DNA of 64,000 nucleotides from Chlamydiales bacterium (lineage in GTDB: Bacteria; Chlamydiota; Chlamydiia; Chlamydiales; JAAZZY01): assembly GCA_965206695.1 (NCBI GenBank), contig CBDBKM010000011.1:64001-128000 (forward strand), given 5' to 3'. This document shows positions 25,131 to 34,578 of the stretch, piece after piece. A program made the translations under genes and the position numbers. The notes under the pieces were generated by a model that made no database searches, was not told the origin of the DNA, and worked only from the letters and a program-made list of their open reading frames with translations. Each line of letters starts with the position of its first letter. Positions within the stretch are counted from its first letter, which is position 1.

Positions 25131-26525
25131 ATGGAAAATTTTGACGTTACGGTACTTGGAGGCGGGCCCGGTGGCTATGTCGCTGCTATTAGAGCAGCTC
25201 AACATACTGATTCCGTTGCTTTAATCGAAGCAAATGAAATGGGGGGAACCTGTCTTAATCGGGGCTGTATTCCTTCAAAAACATTATTGGCAAATGCGAG
25301 CTTATTGCATAAAATCAAGCATGCGAGTTTATACGGTATTCATATAGGAAATATTTCATTTAACTATCTTGAAATGGTGAATCGCAAGGATGAAGTCGTT
25401 CAAAAAATTCGCACCAGCCTAGAAGCTCTTATTAAAGCTAATAAAATTAAAATTTTTAATGGTTTTGGTAAGCTTATTTCTCCGAACGAAATCAAAATAT
25501 CCGGAAATGATAATGAGATTATAAGTGCGGATAAAATCATTATTGCTACAGGATCAGAGCCCAGAGAAATCCCGGCATTTCCTTTTGATCATCAGCAAAT
25601 TCATGACTCGACATCAATCCTCAATATGAAAAATTTACCTAAAAACCTGGCTATAGTAGGTGGAGGGGTTATTGGCTGTGAATTCGCTTCCCTCTTCCAT
25701 GAATTGGATGTTGAAGTTACCATTTTAGAAACTCTCCCTTCAATTATTAGTATGGAAGGCATTGATCTTTCAAAAGCGCTTACCGAAAGTTTTACAAAAC
25801 GAGGGATTAACATTCTTACTAATGCTTTTGTTGAAGGGATAGATAAAGAGACTAATGGCCTTACAATCAGGTTAAAGGATAATGAACCTATAGTAGTTGC
25901 TAAAGCTTTAGTAGCTGTTGGTCGACAATTAAATACGGATGGTATAGGACTTGAAGTAGCGGGTGTATATGTCAATGAACAAGGCGTGATCCCCGTTAAT
26001 GAAAAGATGGAGACAAATGTTCCCGGTATTTATGCCATTGGAGATATTACAGCGAAATGGATGCTAGCCCATGTAGCTTCTCATCAAGGAATGATTGCTG
26101 CTGACAATGCGTGTGGTTTGAATGCCCGGATGCATTATGACGCTGTTCCATCAGTGACATTTACTCATCCGGAAGTTGCTTCGGTTGGGTGGACACCTGA
26201 AAAATCTAAAGAGATGGGGTATACTATTAAAATTAGCAAATTCCCATTCATGGCTTTAGGTAAATCTCAGGCAGCAATAGAGACGGAAGGGTTTGTTCAA
26301 ATTGTATCGGAGCCTTCAACAGGGAAAATATTAGGTGCTCAAGTGATAGGTCATGAAGCCTCTTCCTTAATTGCTCAATTAACGTTAGCGAAAAATAACG
26401 AGCTAACTATCGATTGCATTACTGAAACGATCCATGCTCATCCTACAATTGCCGAAGCTTGGTTAGAAGCTGCTCTTTTAGCTAATGATATCCCAATCCA
26501 CTTTCCCCCTATAAAAAAACAGTAG
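25131..26525 (+). CDS. lpdA: Dihydrolipoamide dehydrogenase
   Basis: GGGPGGYVAA, GGTCLNRGCIPSK, GGGVIGCEFA, HAHPTIAE. Confidence 0.98.
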   Translation: MENFDVTVLGGGPGGYVAAIRAAQHTDSVALIEANEMGGTCLNRGCIPSKTLLANASLLHKIKHASLYGIHIGNISFNYLEMVNRKDEVVQKIRTSLEALIKANKIKIFNGFGKLISPNEIKISGNDNEIISADKIIIATGSEPREIPAFPFDHQQIHDSTSILNMKNLPKNLAIVGGGVIGCEFASLFHELDVEVTILETLPSIISMEGIDLSKALTESFTKRGINILTNAFVEGIDKETNGLTIRLKDNEPIVVAKALVAVGRQLNTDGIGLEVAGVYVNEQGVIPVNEKMETNVPGIYAIGDITAKWMLAHVASHQGMIAADNACGLNARMHYDAVPSVTFTHPEVASVGWTPEKSKEMGYTIKISKFPFMALGKSQAAIETEGFVQIVSEPSTGKILGAQVIGHEASSLIAQLTLAKNNELTIDCITETIHAHPTIAEAWLEAALLANDIPIHFPPIKKQ

Positions 26526-26529
26526 GATA

Positions 26530-27501
26530 ATGATGACGAATCAAGAATTATTCGATAATAAACCTAAAGTAAAACGAAAAAAATTAAATGTTTTACCCCC
26601 GAATCCTCAAGTACGCGATACGGATAAGGCTGTAGGACCCGGGCGTTTCCCTTCTTGGTTGCATCGGAAATTACCAAGAGGAGGCAACCTGTGGGAGACA
26701 AATCGAATATTAGATGAAGATCACCTGCCTACGGTATGTGAAGAGGCAAAGTGTCCCAATCTTTTGGAATGTTATTCAAAAAAGACAGCAACATTTCTGG
26801 TTTTTGGTAGCGAATGTACCCGCAGTTGTGGGTTTTGTGATATTGATCATAATAAAAAACCTAAACAGCCGGATGCTAGAGAACCCGGGCAGGTTGCTTT
26901 AGCTGCTAAACGGCTAGGGTTGAAACATATTGTTATTACCATGGTAGCTCGTGATGATTTAAAAGATGGTGGTGCTAAGCAGCTGGTTCTTATTATGGAT
27001 GAAGTCAGAGAACAAAATCCCGAATGTACAATTGAAATACTTACTTCGGATTTTGAAGGTAATGAAGAGGCTTTAGACATTATAATCGATGCAAAACCTG
27101 ATATCTTTAATCATAATATTGAAACAGCAGAAGAGTTAACTCCTAGAGTTCGTCATAAAGCAACCTATTCAAGGACATTACATGTTTTAAGATATGTTAA
27201 AGAAAAAAATCCGTATCTCGTGATTAAATCAGGGATCATGGTAGGACTTGGAGAAACAGAAGAACAAGTAAAAGCTACGATAGACGATTTACATCATGTT
27301 GGATGTAGTGTTGTAACTATAGGGCAATATTTACAACCCGATTCTAAAAAATTACGCGTAAAATCATTTGTAACGCCTCAGCAATTTAAAGCTTATGAAG
27401 ATTATGGACATAGCATAGGGATTAACCAGATGTATTGTGGTCCTTTTGTACGTTCAAGTTATAATGCTGATTTAATACAAAGAAGAATAAAATCAATTTA
27501 A
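26530..27501 (+). CDS. lipA: Lipoyl synthase
   Basis: TVCEEAKCPNLLEC, CTRSCGFC radical-SAM motif, GQYLQP, PFVRSSY. Confidence 0.98.
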   Translation: MMTNQELFDNKPKVKRKKLNVLPPNPQVRDTDKAVGPGRFPSWLHRKLPRGGNLWETNRILDEDHLPTVCEEAKCPNLLECYSKKTATFLVFGSECTRSCGFCDIDHNKKPKQPDAREPGQVALAAKRLGLKHIVITMVARDDLKDGGAKQLVLIMDEVREQNPECTIEILTSDFEGNEEALDIIIDAKPDIFNHNIETAEELTPRVRHKATYSRTLHVLRYVKEKNPYLVIKSGIMVGLGETEEQVKATIDDLHHVGCSVVTIGQYLQPDSKKLRVKSFVTPQQFKAYEDYGHSIGINQMYCGPFVRSSYNADLIQRRIKSI

Positions 27502-27514
27502 AATAGAGAAAAAA

Positions 27515-28516
27515 ATGGATTCTGAAAAACGCTCTTTTCATGATATATTATATTTAGTTAATCGACAAATAAAAGGGGAAGATGAGGCTGATTTGGAACT
27601 TGATGAAGATTCCTTTTTAGAGCAAGAACACACACCATTAGTTGATTCAGTTTATAATGAAATTCTCATGCATCGTGATATCCATTTTGGTTGTCAATTT
27701 GAAGCAATGCTTGAATATTATCGAAATGGCGGGAAAGGCATTCAATCTCAAATTACTGAAGAGTTAATCCAAACTGCTTGGGATTTTGAAAGCGAGTCGG
27801 ATCAAAATCTTGCTCCGGTGTTATTATCTGTTACTGAAATAGAAAGAGTTATCGAAGCGAAAGCCTTGTATGACAATTTACGTAAGTTATATGAAGAAGA
27901 ATATTCTAAAAATGTTATCCCACGACTTATTGCGGATCTGATTCTATCCGAGGAGGAAGAACCTCAAGCGGAAATGGAAGCTTTAATAGAACAGGGTATT
28001 GATAGCGTTCCTTACCTTTTAGAACTCGTGCGTGCAGATCATTTTTATGATCCTTTTTTCCCGGGCTATGGCCTGGCCCCCATGTATGCTGCTGAATGTT
28101 TAGGTGAAATTAAAGATGAAAGAGCTATTACCCCTTTGTTTGAAATGTTAGGGAAAGAATCCTTCTTTTTGGAAGAGGCTGTTCTTAGTGCTTTACAAAA
28201 GATGGGCTCCATTACTAAAAATTTTCTGATCATGGTTTTAACCAATAGGCCTATGACGTTGGATAATGAACAAGCAGCGATTGCTTTATCACATTTCAGT
28301 AAAGATAAAGATGTGGCTATCATTGCGCTGGAGCAGCTTAAAGATCCTGCTGTATTACAAAATGTATCAATGTCTGTTCATCTTATCTTGTTATGTAGAG
28401 GCTTAGTGGAAGAAGAGCATAAAAAAACTTTTGATCAAATCACAAAGTCTTCGTCTTATCCGGAAGTTTTACGAGCAGACTTCGAATTTGCATCCAAATA
28501 TTTTAGCTCTTGTTAG
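27515..28516 (+). CDS. HEAT-repeat-containing protein
   Basis: AAECLGEIKDERAITPLFEML and ALQKMG PBS-lyase HEAT-like motifs. Confidence 0.75.
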   Translation: MDSEKRSFHDILYLVNRQIKGEDEADLELDEDSFLEQEHTPLVDSVYNEILMHRDIHFGCQFEAMLEYYRNGGKGIQSQITEELIQTAWDFESESDQNLAPVLLSVTEIERVIEAKALYDNLRKLYEEEYSKNVIPRLIADLILSEEEEPQAEMEALIEQGIDSVPYLLELVRADHFYDPFFPGYGLAPMYAAECLGEIKDERAITPLFEMLGKESFFLEEAVLSALQKMGSITKNFLIMVLTNRPMTLDNEQAAIALSHFSKDKDVAIIALEQLKDPAVLQNVSMSVHLILLCRGLVEEEHKKTFDQITKSSSYPEVLRADFEFASKYFSSC

Positions 28517-29438
28517 TAGGTAAGGCTCTACTAAGTTTACCTTCTTTGATCTCTTCTTGATGAAAGACACACAAACTAAAGAACAAAATTACCAGGCTCA
28601 ACCAAAGTTGCCATGGGATGGTTTCCTTTAAGAAAAACCAACCGAACATTGAAGCAAAAATTGCTGTGGAAAACCCGGCAAAGGCCATAAAGGTCGCTGT
28701 GTAGCGTTTCAATAAAAAGCCATATAAATTATAGGCTAATAAGTTTGAAATGATAAGCATGGCGATAGCGGTTTCAAGAAATGGCCCCCATTTAAAAACC
28801 GGTACAGGATTCCAATTTTCAACCAGTAAAGAATGGATAAGAGTAAAAACACCTCCTACAAACATGCTAAATCCTGTAACCATAAAAACACTGATCTTGT
28901 TATGGGTTACAGTTTGACGGATAAGTATCCAACCGTAAACAGATGTAGTAGCTGCGATTAAAAGAGCGATTGAAGGCCAAGAAAGATTAAAAAAAGAACC
29001 TATAGCTTCTTCTTTTGCCGTTTGTACCATTAAAATAGGAATAAGACCCAAAAATCCGGCTATTAACCCGAACCATTTTTTTTGTGTCATTTTTTCTGAA
29101 AGCACAAGAAATGAGAGTAGGGCTGAAATAAAGGGAGATATACTATAAAGGAAGCATGTCTTCGCAGAAGTCAGATATTGCAGCCCCCAAAATTCACAAA
29201 CATTTGTAATATAAATACTAAAAAATGCAATCAGTAGAAGCTTGAAAATAATAGATTTACCTAACTTAAAAGAGCCGGGATTTTTAATTAATTGAAAAAC
29301 CAACATTAAAAAACCCGCAACGGTCATACGCGAGCCGATAATAAAAAAAGGCTGTGCATATTCTAAAGAAACTTTTCCAATGGTAAAAATACTAGCAAAA
29401 AGAGCGTAAAGTAAAAATACTAAATACATTTTGATCAC
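28503..29438 (-). CDS. DMT/EamA family transporter
   Basis: About 10 TM helices, two EamA repeats (GLQYLTSA...LSEKM; FGWFFLKE). Confidence 0.9.
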   Translation of the reverse strand: MIKMYLVFLLYALFASIFTIGKVSLEYAQPFFIIGSRMTVAGFLMLVFQLIKNPGSFKLGKSIIFKLLLIAFFSIYITNVCEFWGLQYLTSAKTCFLYSISPFISALLSFLVLSEKMTQKKWFGLIAGFLGLIPILMVQTAKEEAIGSFFNLSWPSIALLIAATTSVYGWILIRQTVTHNKISVFMVTGFSMFVGGVFTLIHSLLVENWNPVPVFKWGPFLETAIAMLIISNLLAYNLYGFLLKRYTATFMAFAGFSTAIFASMFGWFFLKETIPWQLWLSLVILFFSLCVFHQEEIKEGKLSRALPTNKS

Positions 29439-29676
29439 AACTAAATTTTATGAAAACGGATTATACCCATATCCTCTTAATTGACTCAATCACTTTCTGT
29501 TCGATAAAGTATAAATAACTAAAAATGAAAGAAATAATTTTAATGACAAATGAAATCCGGATAGTCTTAAACATTTATCATAAATACTATTTAGATATAA
29601 AAGGACGGTGTGCTATAGATACGTGATTAAATTTTTATATTTAAAACAATCACATTATAAAACTCTGCTATGACAA

Positions 29677-30636
29677 ATGAGTAACAATTTTTTTCGTTCA
29701 ATTTTGCTGCCTTTCGTTTCTTGTTTTTTAATTCTATTTCTATTTTCTTGTACTTCTCAGCAAATAATTTTAACGAATGTAGAAGAAAAAGATGCTAATG
29801 AGATTATTGTTCTTTTAAGAAGTAAAGGAATAGAAGCAGATAAAATGGCCGTTAAAGTAGCTACCGGTGCCACGGTTCAGCAAAAAGCCGGTCAATTTTG
29901 GGATATTGCTGTAGCCGCAGACAAAGCAACGAATGCTCTTGCGGTCTTGAATCGGATCGGCCTGCCTCGAAAGCCTGCGATTACACTATTAGATGTGTTT
30001 CCCAGCGAAGGTCTTATGAAAACGGAAAAAGAAGAAAATGTTCGTTATCAAGAAGGCCTAAATGAACAGATTGCTTCCACGATACGAAATATAGATGGAA
30101 TTATTGATGTCGATGTTCAAATTTCAATACCCAAACAAAATATTTTTAATCCCGAAGCAGAAAAAGAAAAACCAACAGCATCTGTATATGTTAAACATGA
30201 TGGTGTCGCTGACGATCCGAATAACTTAATTGTTCAAAAAGTTAAAAGGTATGTCTCAGGCAGTATTATCGATTTAGAATATGAGGATGTCACGGTTATA
30301 ACGGATAGAGCAAGATTTACGGATGTATCCTTGAATAGTTTAGGTGGAGTCATGGTTCCTAATGATTATGTGAATGTATGGTCCATTACAATAGCCAAGT
30401 CTTCTGTCGCTCGATTTAGAGTTATTCTTTTTGTTCTCTGCTTTTTATTACTTATCTTTTTGTTAGCAGTTATTTGGTTGGTATGGAAATTTCAAAAGAT
30501 AGTTTTAGATGTAAAGAACCTTAAAGGACTGTTTTCTCCAAAACCTATGGAGATGAGTATGCTTCAAGAGAAAAAAGAAGCATCCGAAGTTGAGGAGTCC
30601 CCTGAGACAGAGAAGAAGGAGGAAGGGGAAGAGTAG
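29677..30636 (+). CDS. sctJ: T3SS inner-membrane ring lipoprotein SctJ (CdsJ)
   Basis: Lipobox LFSC, EKDANEIIVLL, GLPR, IDGIIDVDVQIS, PTASVYVKH, C-terminal TM. Confidence 0.96.
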   Translation: MSNNFFRSILLPFVSCFLILFLFSCTSQQIILTNVEEKDANEIIVLLRSKGIEADKMAVKVATGATVQQKAGQFWDIAVAADKATNALAVLNRIGLPRKPAITLLDVFPSEGLMKTEKEENVRYQEGLNEQIASTIRNIDGIIDVDVQISIPKQNIFNPEAEKEKPTASVYVKHDGVADDPNNLIVQKVKRYVSGSIIDLEYEDVTVITDRARFTDVSLNSLGGVMVPNDYVNVWSITIAKSSVARFRVILFVLCFLLLIFLLAVIWLVWKFQKIVLDVKNLKGLFSPKPMEMSMLQEKKEASEVEESPETEKKEEGEE

Positions 30637-30689
30637 CACTTAAATAAGGACAATATTATCGTGTGCCTAAAACTTAGCTAAGAGAAAAT

Positions 30690-31562
30690 GTGATGGATAC
30701 TAAAAGTTTTGAAGTACTCAATGTCCTCCTCAAGAGTTATAGAGAAGATTCAATTGATTCTATGTTAAAGTTTTTTCCTGAAAATGAAGCAAAATTAATT
30801 TCTAATTTACAGCACTCAAAAAGTAAAGAACCGTTAACGTTACTGCCTCTTCTAAAAAGAATTACGAATATTCATTATTCTTGGTTTTTTCCGATAATTA
30901 AAAAGTTACCCTCTGATCTTGTACCATTCGTATTGGGTGTTTTTCCTAAATCCTATGTAGCCGGATTGATTGAGTTGTTTTGGGAAAAAACGCGTGTATC
31001 CTCTTCTCCTGAACCCATTCAAACCTTTTTTCTAAAAACTCTTCACACTCAAGTGGGTTTGGATCAAATACTTCCTAAGTCTTTTTTGCCCGAATCGCCA
31101 CTGAATAAGTTATTATTGCTTGATAAACATGCTGTGGTCAAGCTCATTGATTATTTAGGTTTGCATGATTTAACTATAGCTTTAAAAAAAATCGTTGACA
31201 AAAAACAAGTAGAGAAGATTTTTAAATTGTTATCAGCATCAAAACGTCAATATCTTAAACAATGTGTTCAATCTAAAGATCCTTTAACCTTTTCTATACA
31301 AACAATTCATAAATGGACTAACAGTTCAGAAAGCCTCATGATCTTGGTTCATCAAAAGGGATTAATGAGATTATCAAAAGCAATAGCAGGTCAGCATCCT
31401 CATTTTATTTGGCATTTAGCTCATCTTTTAGATACCGGCAGGGGAGAAAAGTTATTACAATTTTCTCGAAATAAAGAACCCGGTAAGTATACAGCTATTT
31501 TGTGTACCCAAATATTAAATTTAATGCAGATGTTAAAACCTAAAGGACAAAAACAGGTATGA
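30690..31562 (+). CDS. T3SS-associated protein, SctK-like (CT560 homologue)
   Basis: Position between sctJ and sctL; IHYSW and LIDYLGLHDL motifs. Confidence 0.75.
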   Translation: MMDTKSFEVLNVLLKSYREDSIDSMLKFFPENEAKLISNLQHSKSKEPLTLLPLLKRITNIHYSWFFPIIKKLPSDLVPFVLGVFPKSYVAGLIELFWEKTRVSSSPEPIQTFFLKTLHTQVGLDQILPKSFLPESPLNKLLLLDKHAVVKLIDYLGLHDLTIALKKIVDKKQVEKIFKLLSASKRQYLKQCVQSKDPLTFSIQTIHKWTNSSESLMILVHQKGLMRLSKAIAGQHPHFIWHLAHLLDTGRGEKLLQFSRNKEPGKYTAILCTQILNLMQMLKPKGQKQV

Positions 31563-32188
31563 AATTCTTAAGCCTTCTATCCGGTAAGACAGTGAATATA
31601 GCTCCCGGATTAAAAGTCGTTCCTAAAGATGAGTTTTCTCGTCTGGTAAGTGCTTCTGAAGTGTTAGAAGAAGTGAAAGAAGAAGCGATAGAATATCGAA
31701 AGGAAGTCGCTAAGAAAGGGGAAGAATTAAAAGAGCAGTCGAAGAAAAAGGGGTTTTCGGAAGGATTAGAAAAATGGACTGATCAAGTTAAATTTTTGGA
31801 GCAAGAAATTCGAAAAGTACGTGCTGAAATGGAGAAATTAATTGCTTCTGTTGCTTTAAAATCTGCGAAAAAAATACTGGGTAGAGAAATTGAATTGAAC
31901 AAAGAAACGATTGTTGATATTGTTTCTAACAGTCTGAAACCGGTTTCTCAACATAAGAAGGTAGTCCTTTATGTTAATAAATCTGACCTTGAGATACTTG
32001 AAAAAAATAAGACAGATCTCAAACAAGTTTTAGAACAAGTTGAAAGTTTTTCTATTCAACCTCGTGGTGATATTACCCCTCATGGAGTGATCATTGAGAC
32101 AGAATCGGGTATTATCAATGCCCAAATAGAAAATCTATGGCAAAAGCTTGAGATAGCTCTTCAGTCCTTAGCGAAGAAAGATACCTAA
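31559..32188 (+). CDS. sctL: T3SS stator SctL (CdsL)
   Basis: FliH/YscL-like: KKGFSEG, GVIIETESGIINA. Confidence 0.93.
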   Translation: MKFLSLLSGKTVNIAPGLKVVPKDEFSRLVSASEVLEEVKEEAIEYRKEVAKKGEELKEQSKKKGFSEGLEKWTDQVKFLEQEIRKVRAEMEKLIASVALKSAKKILGREIELNKETIVDIVSNSLKPVSQHKKVVLYVNKSDLEILEKNKTDLKQVLEQVESFSIQPRGDITPHGVIIETESGIINAQIENLWQKLEIALQSLAKKDT

Positions 32189-32191
32189 AAT

Positions 32192-33061
32192 ATGCTGTTG
32201 ATGAAACAAACCTTTACTTTTTTTCTCTTATTTTTCCTTCTTGCAATAGAACCCTCCGGTCTTTTGGCTCAACAGCGACCGGTAAATCCAAGACCGGTAC
32301 AACAAGAACGTGGTGGAACGGAAAAAGAGCACAAGAGTAAACTCCAAGATGTATTAGGTGAATTGCCTATGCAACAAAGTCTTGTTGCAAAGGGAGCTCC
32401 TAATATCGCCTTACAGGTCGCTGTTCTAGCTGCTTTGGCACTACTTCCTTGGTTTATCATGATGCTCACTTCTTATATCAAAATAGTGGTTGTCATTGCT
32501 CTATTAAGAAATGCTTTGGGGGTTCAACAGGCGCCTCCGAACCAGGTAGTCAATGGAATAGCTATTATTTTGACTATATATATTATGTTCCCTACGGGCC
32601 TTGCCATGTATGACGCAGCGAAACACGAGATCGAAGCGGAGGCTCCTCAAGGCCTATTGTCAGATAACGCTGCTGATTATATAATCACAGCAGTTGATGC
32701 GGCAAAAGAGCCCTTAAGAATATTTTTAAAGAAGAATACCGAGGCGGCTCATATTGGTAAATTTTACCGTACTGCATATCGAGTATTTCCGGAAAAAGTA
32801 CGAGATTCTCTAAAGCCGTATGACTTTATTGTTATGGTACCCGCTTATATAACAACACAATTAAAAGATGCCTTTTCGATTGGCGTTTTAGTGTATCTCC
32901 CATTTTTCGTTATTGATTTAGTGACATCTAATATTTTACTTGCTATGGGAATGATGATGTTGTCCCCTCTTACTATTTCGTTACCACTAAAACTATTGCT
33001 ATTAGTTATGTTAGATGGATGGACGATCTTAATAGAGGGTTTAGTTTTAACATTTCGATAG
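32192..33061 (+). CDS. sctR: T3SS export apparatus SctR
   Basis: TSYIKIVVV...LRNALGVQQAPPNQ, YLPFFVIDL, LAMGMMMLSP...PLKLLL. Confidence 0.97.
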   Translation: MLLMKQTFTFFLLFFLLAIEPSGLLAQQRPVNPRPVQQERGGTEKEHKSKLQDVLGELPMQQSLVAKGAPNIALQVAVLAALALLPWFIMMLTSYIKIVVVIALLRNALGVQQAPPNQVVNGIAIILTIYIMFPTGLAMYDAAKHEIEAEAPQGLLSDNAADYIITAVDAAKEPLRIFLKKNTEAAHIGKFYRTAYRVFPEKVRDSLKPYDFIVMVPAYITTQLKDAFSIGVLVYLPFFVIDLVTSNILLAMGMMMLSPLTISLPLKLLLLVMLDGWTILIEGLVLTFR

Positions 33062-33085
33062 GCCGAAATAAGGAGGTAAGAGCCT

Positions 33086-33355
33086 ATGTTTGAAACACAT
33101 ATTCCTCAGTTAGCTTATGAGGGGCTTTTTTTAATATTATTACTTTCAGGGCCACCTGTTTTTATTAGTATGTTCTTTGGGTTGCTTGTAGCGATTATTC
33201 AAGCTGCGACTCAGATACAAGAACAAACGCTCTCTTTTACCATTAAACTCGTAGCGGTTATTTTGACCTTAATGTTTATGGGACCTTGGCTAGGTGGTAA
33301 AATAATACAATATGGCAACCATATATTTACCAATATCCCAATATGGAGTCATTAA
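33086..33355 (+). CDS. sctS: T3SS export apparatus SctS
   Basis: QAATQIQEQTLSFTIKL. Confidence 0.97.
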   Translation: MFETHIPQLAYEGLFLILLLSGPPVFISMFFGLLVAIIQAATQIQEQTLSFTIKLVAVILTLMFMGPWLGGKIIQYGNHIFTNIPIWSH

Positions 33356-33371
33356 CTGACACTAATTTCAT

Positions 33372-34193
33372 ATGAGTAGTGATAGCTATCTTTCTGTCTT
33401 TGTCAATTATGAATCAGGAAATGTCATAGCATTATTTTTAGCAATGTTAGTCAGGGTCGTGCCTATTGTTAGTTTAGTTCCTTTTTTAGGAGCTAAAGTC
33501 TTGCCGGCCCCTGCAAAAATGGGGTTAAGCATTGTTTTAGTTCTTTTATTAATGCCTTATGTAGGGCCTATGTCCATACAGAGATTGAAGTTTGGTCTTC
33601 CCCTCGTCCCCATTGTTGTTAAAGAAGCTCTTATTGGATTATTAATCGGTTTTTTAGGAACAATTCCGTTTAATATTGCAACTGCAGCAGGAGCGATCAT
33701 TGACCATCAAAGAGGCTCTGCAAGTCTTCAGGTGACAGAGCCTACTATGCAAGTACAGACTTCTCCTATAGGAGAATTAATGAATGACGTGTTGTTAGTT
33801 ATCTTTTTTGTAGTAGGAGGACCTTTTTTTTATTTTGATGCTCTAGTTTCTTCATTTCAAATGATTCCTCCGGAGCAGTTTATACCTCAATATTTTTTTG
33901 CTACCCATAATGCCTATTGGCTAACGATAATAGGATTAATGCATCATATTTTTTCTACAGCTGCACGATTTGCAGCCCCTTCTTTAGTAGCGATGTTAAT
34001 GGCCGATGTCTTTTTAGGAATTGCAAATCGATTAGCTCCTCAAGTACAAATAGCATTTTTAGGAATGCCTTTTAAATCCATCTTGGGTATTGCGCTTCTC
34101 TTTTTTGGATGGTACTTTATCTTAAGGCAAATGGAAAAATCCACAATGGACTGGTTTGTCCATGTTCTGAAGTTGGTACATGTATTTAAGTAA
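33372..34193 (+). CDS. sctT: T3SS export apparatus SctT
   Basis: KEALIG, AGAIIDHQRG, LGIANRLAPQ...PFK. Confidence 0.96.
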   Translation: MSSDSYLSVFVNYESGNVIALFLAMLVRVVPIVSLVPFLGAKVLPAPAKMGLSIVLVLLLMPYVGPMSIQRLKFGLPLVPIVVKEALIGLLIGFLGTIPFNIATAAGAIIDHQRGSASLQVTEPTMQVQTSPIGELMNDVLLVIFFVVGGPFFYFDALVSSFQMIPPEQFIPQYFFATHNAYWLTIIGLMHHIFSTAARFAAPSLVAMLMADVFLGIANRLAPQVQIAFLGMPFKSILGIALLFFGWYFILRQMEKSTMDWFVHVLKLVHVFK

Positions 34194-34218
34194 TTTCCTT
34201 TCTAACAACTATCTATAT

Positions 34219-34337
34219 AAGACCTCTGCATAACTTACATTTTTAATCACAATCGAACCTTCAGATGTAAGTTAAAGACATTATAAATATATTTTTGACA
34301 AATCGACGACTAAATCAATAAGTTATGTAGAGGCCTT
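34219..34337. repeat. MITE (AAGACCTCTGCATAACT TIR family), 119 bp
   Basis: AAGACCTCTGCATAACTTA ... TAAGTTATGTAGAGGCCTT imperfect TIRs. Confidence 0.85.
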
Positions 34338-34344
34338 ATAAATA

Positions 34345-34571
34345 TGGAATTTTAGTTATCCGAGGAAATATTGAAAAAACCTAAAACTTATCTCCTGGCC
34401 CGGAGTGAGATCATAAAATTAGCCGGTAACGAGGCTCTGATTATGCGGGGAGATACCATTTATGTGACGTCAACTTTATTGGCTGACCGGAATCGATTGA
34501 TTAATCAATTATTACCCGGTTTAGACGGAATAAAAGCTGCGGGAAGTTGCGGCGCTTATCTTCCTCCTTAA
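34345..34571 (+). pseudogene. C-terminal fragment of a Wza-like polysaccharide export protein
   Basis: PKTYLL...LIMRGDTIYV...ADRNRLINQLLP resembles the Wza C-terminus (GDxVYV...WNRxIxQLLP); truncated at the MITE. Confidence 0.55.
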
Positions 34572-34578
34572 TGGATAA

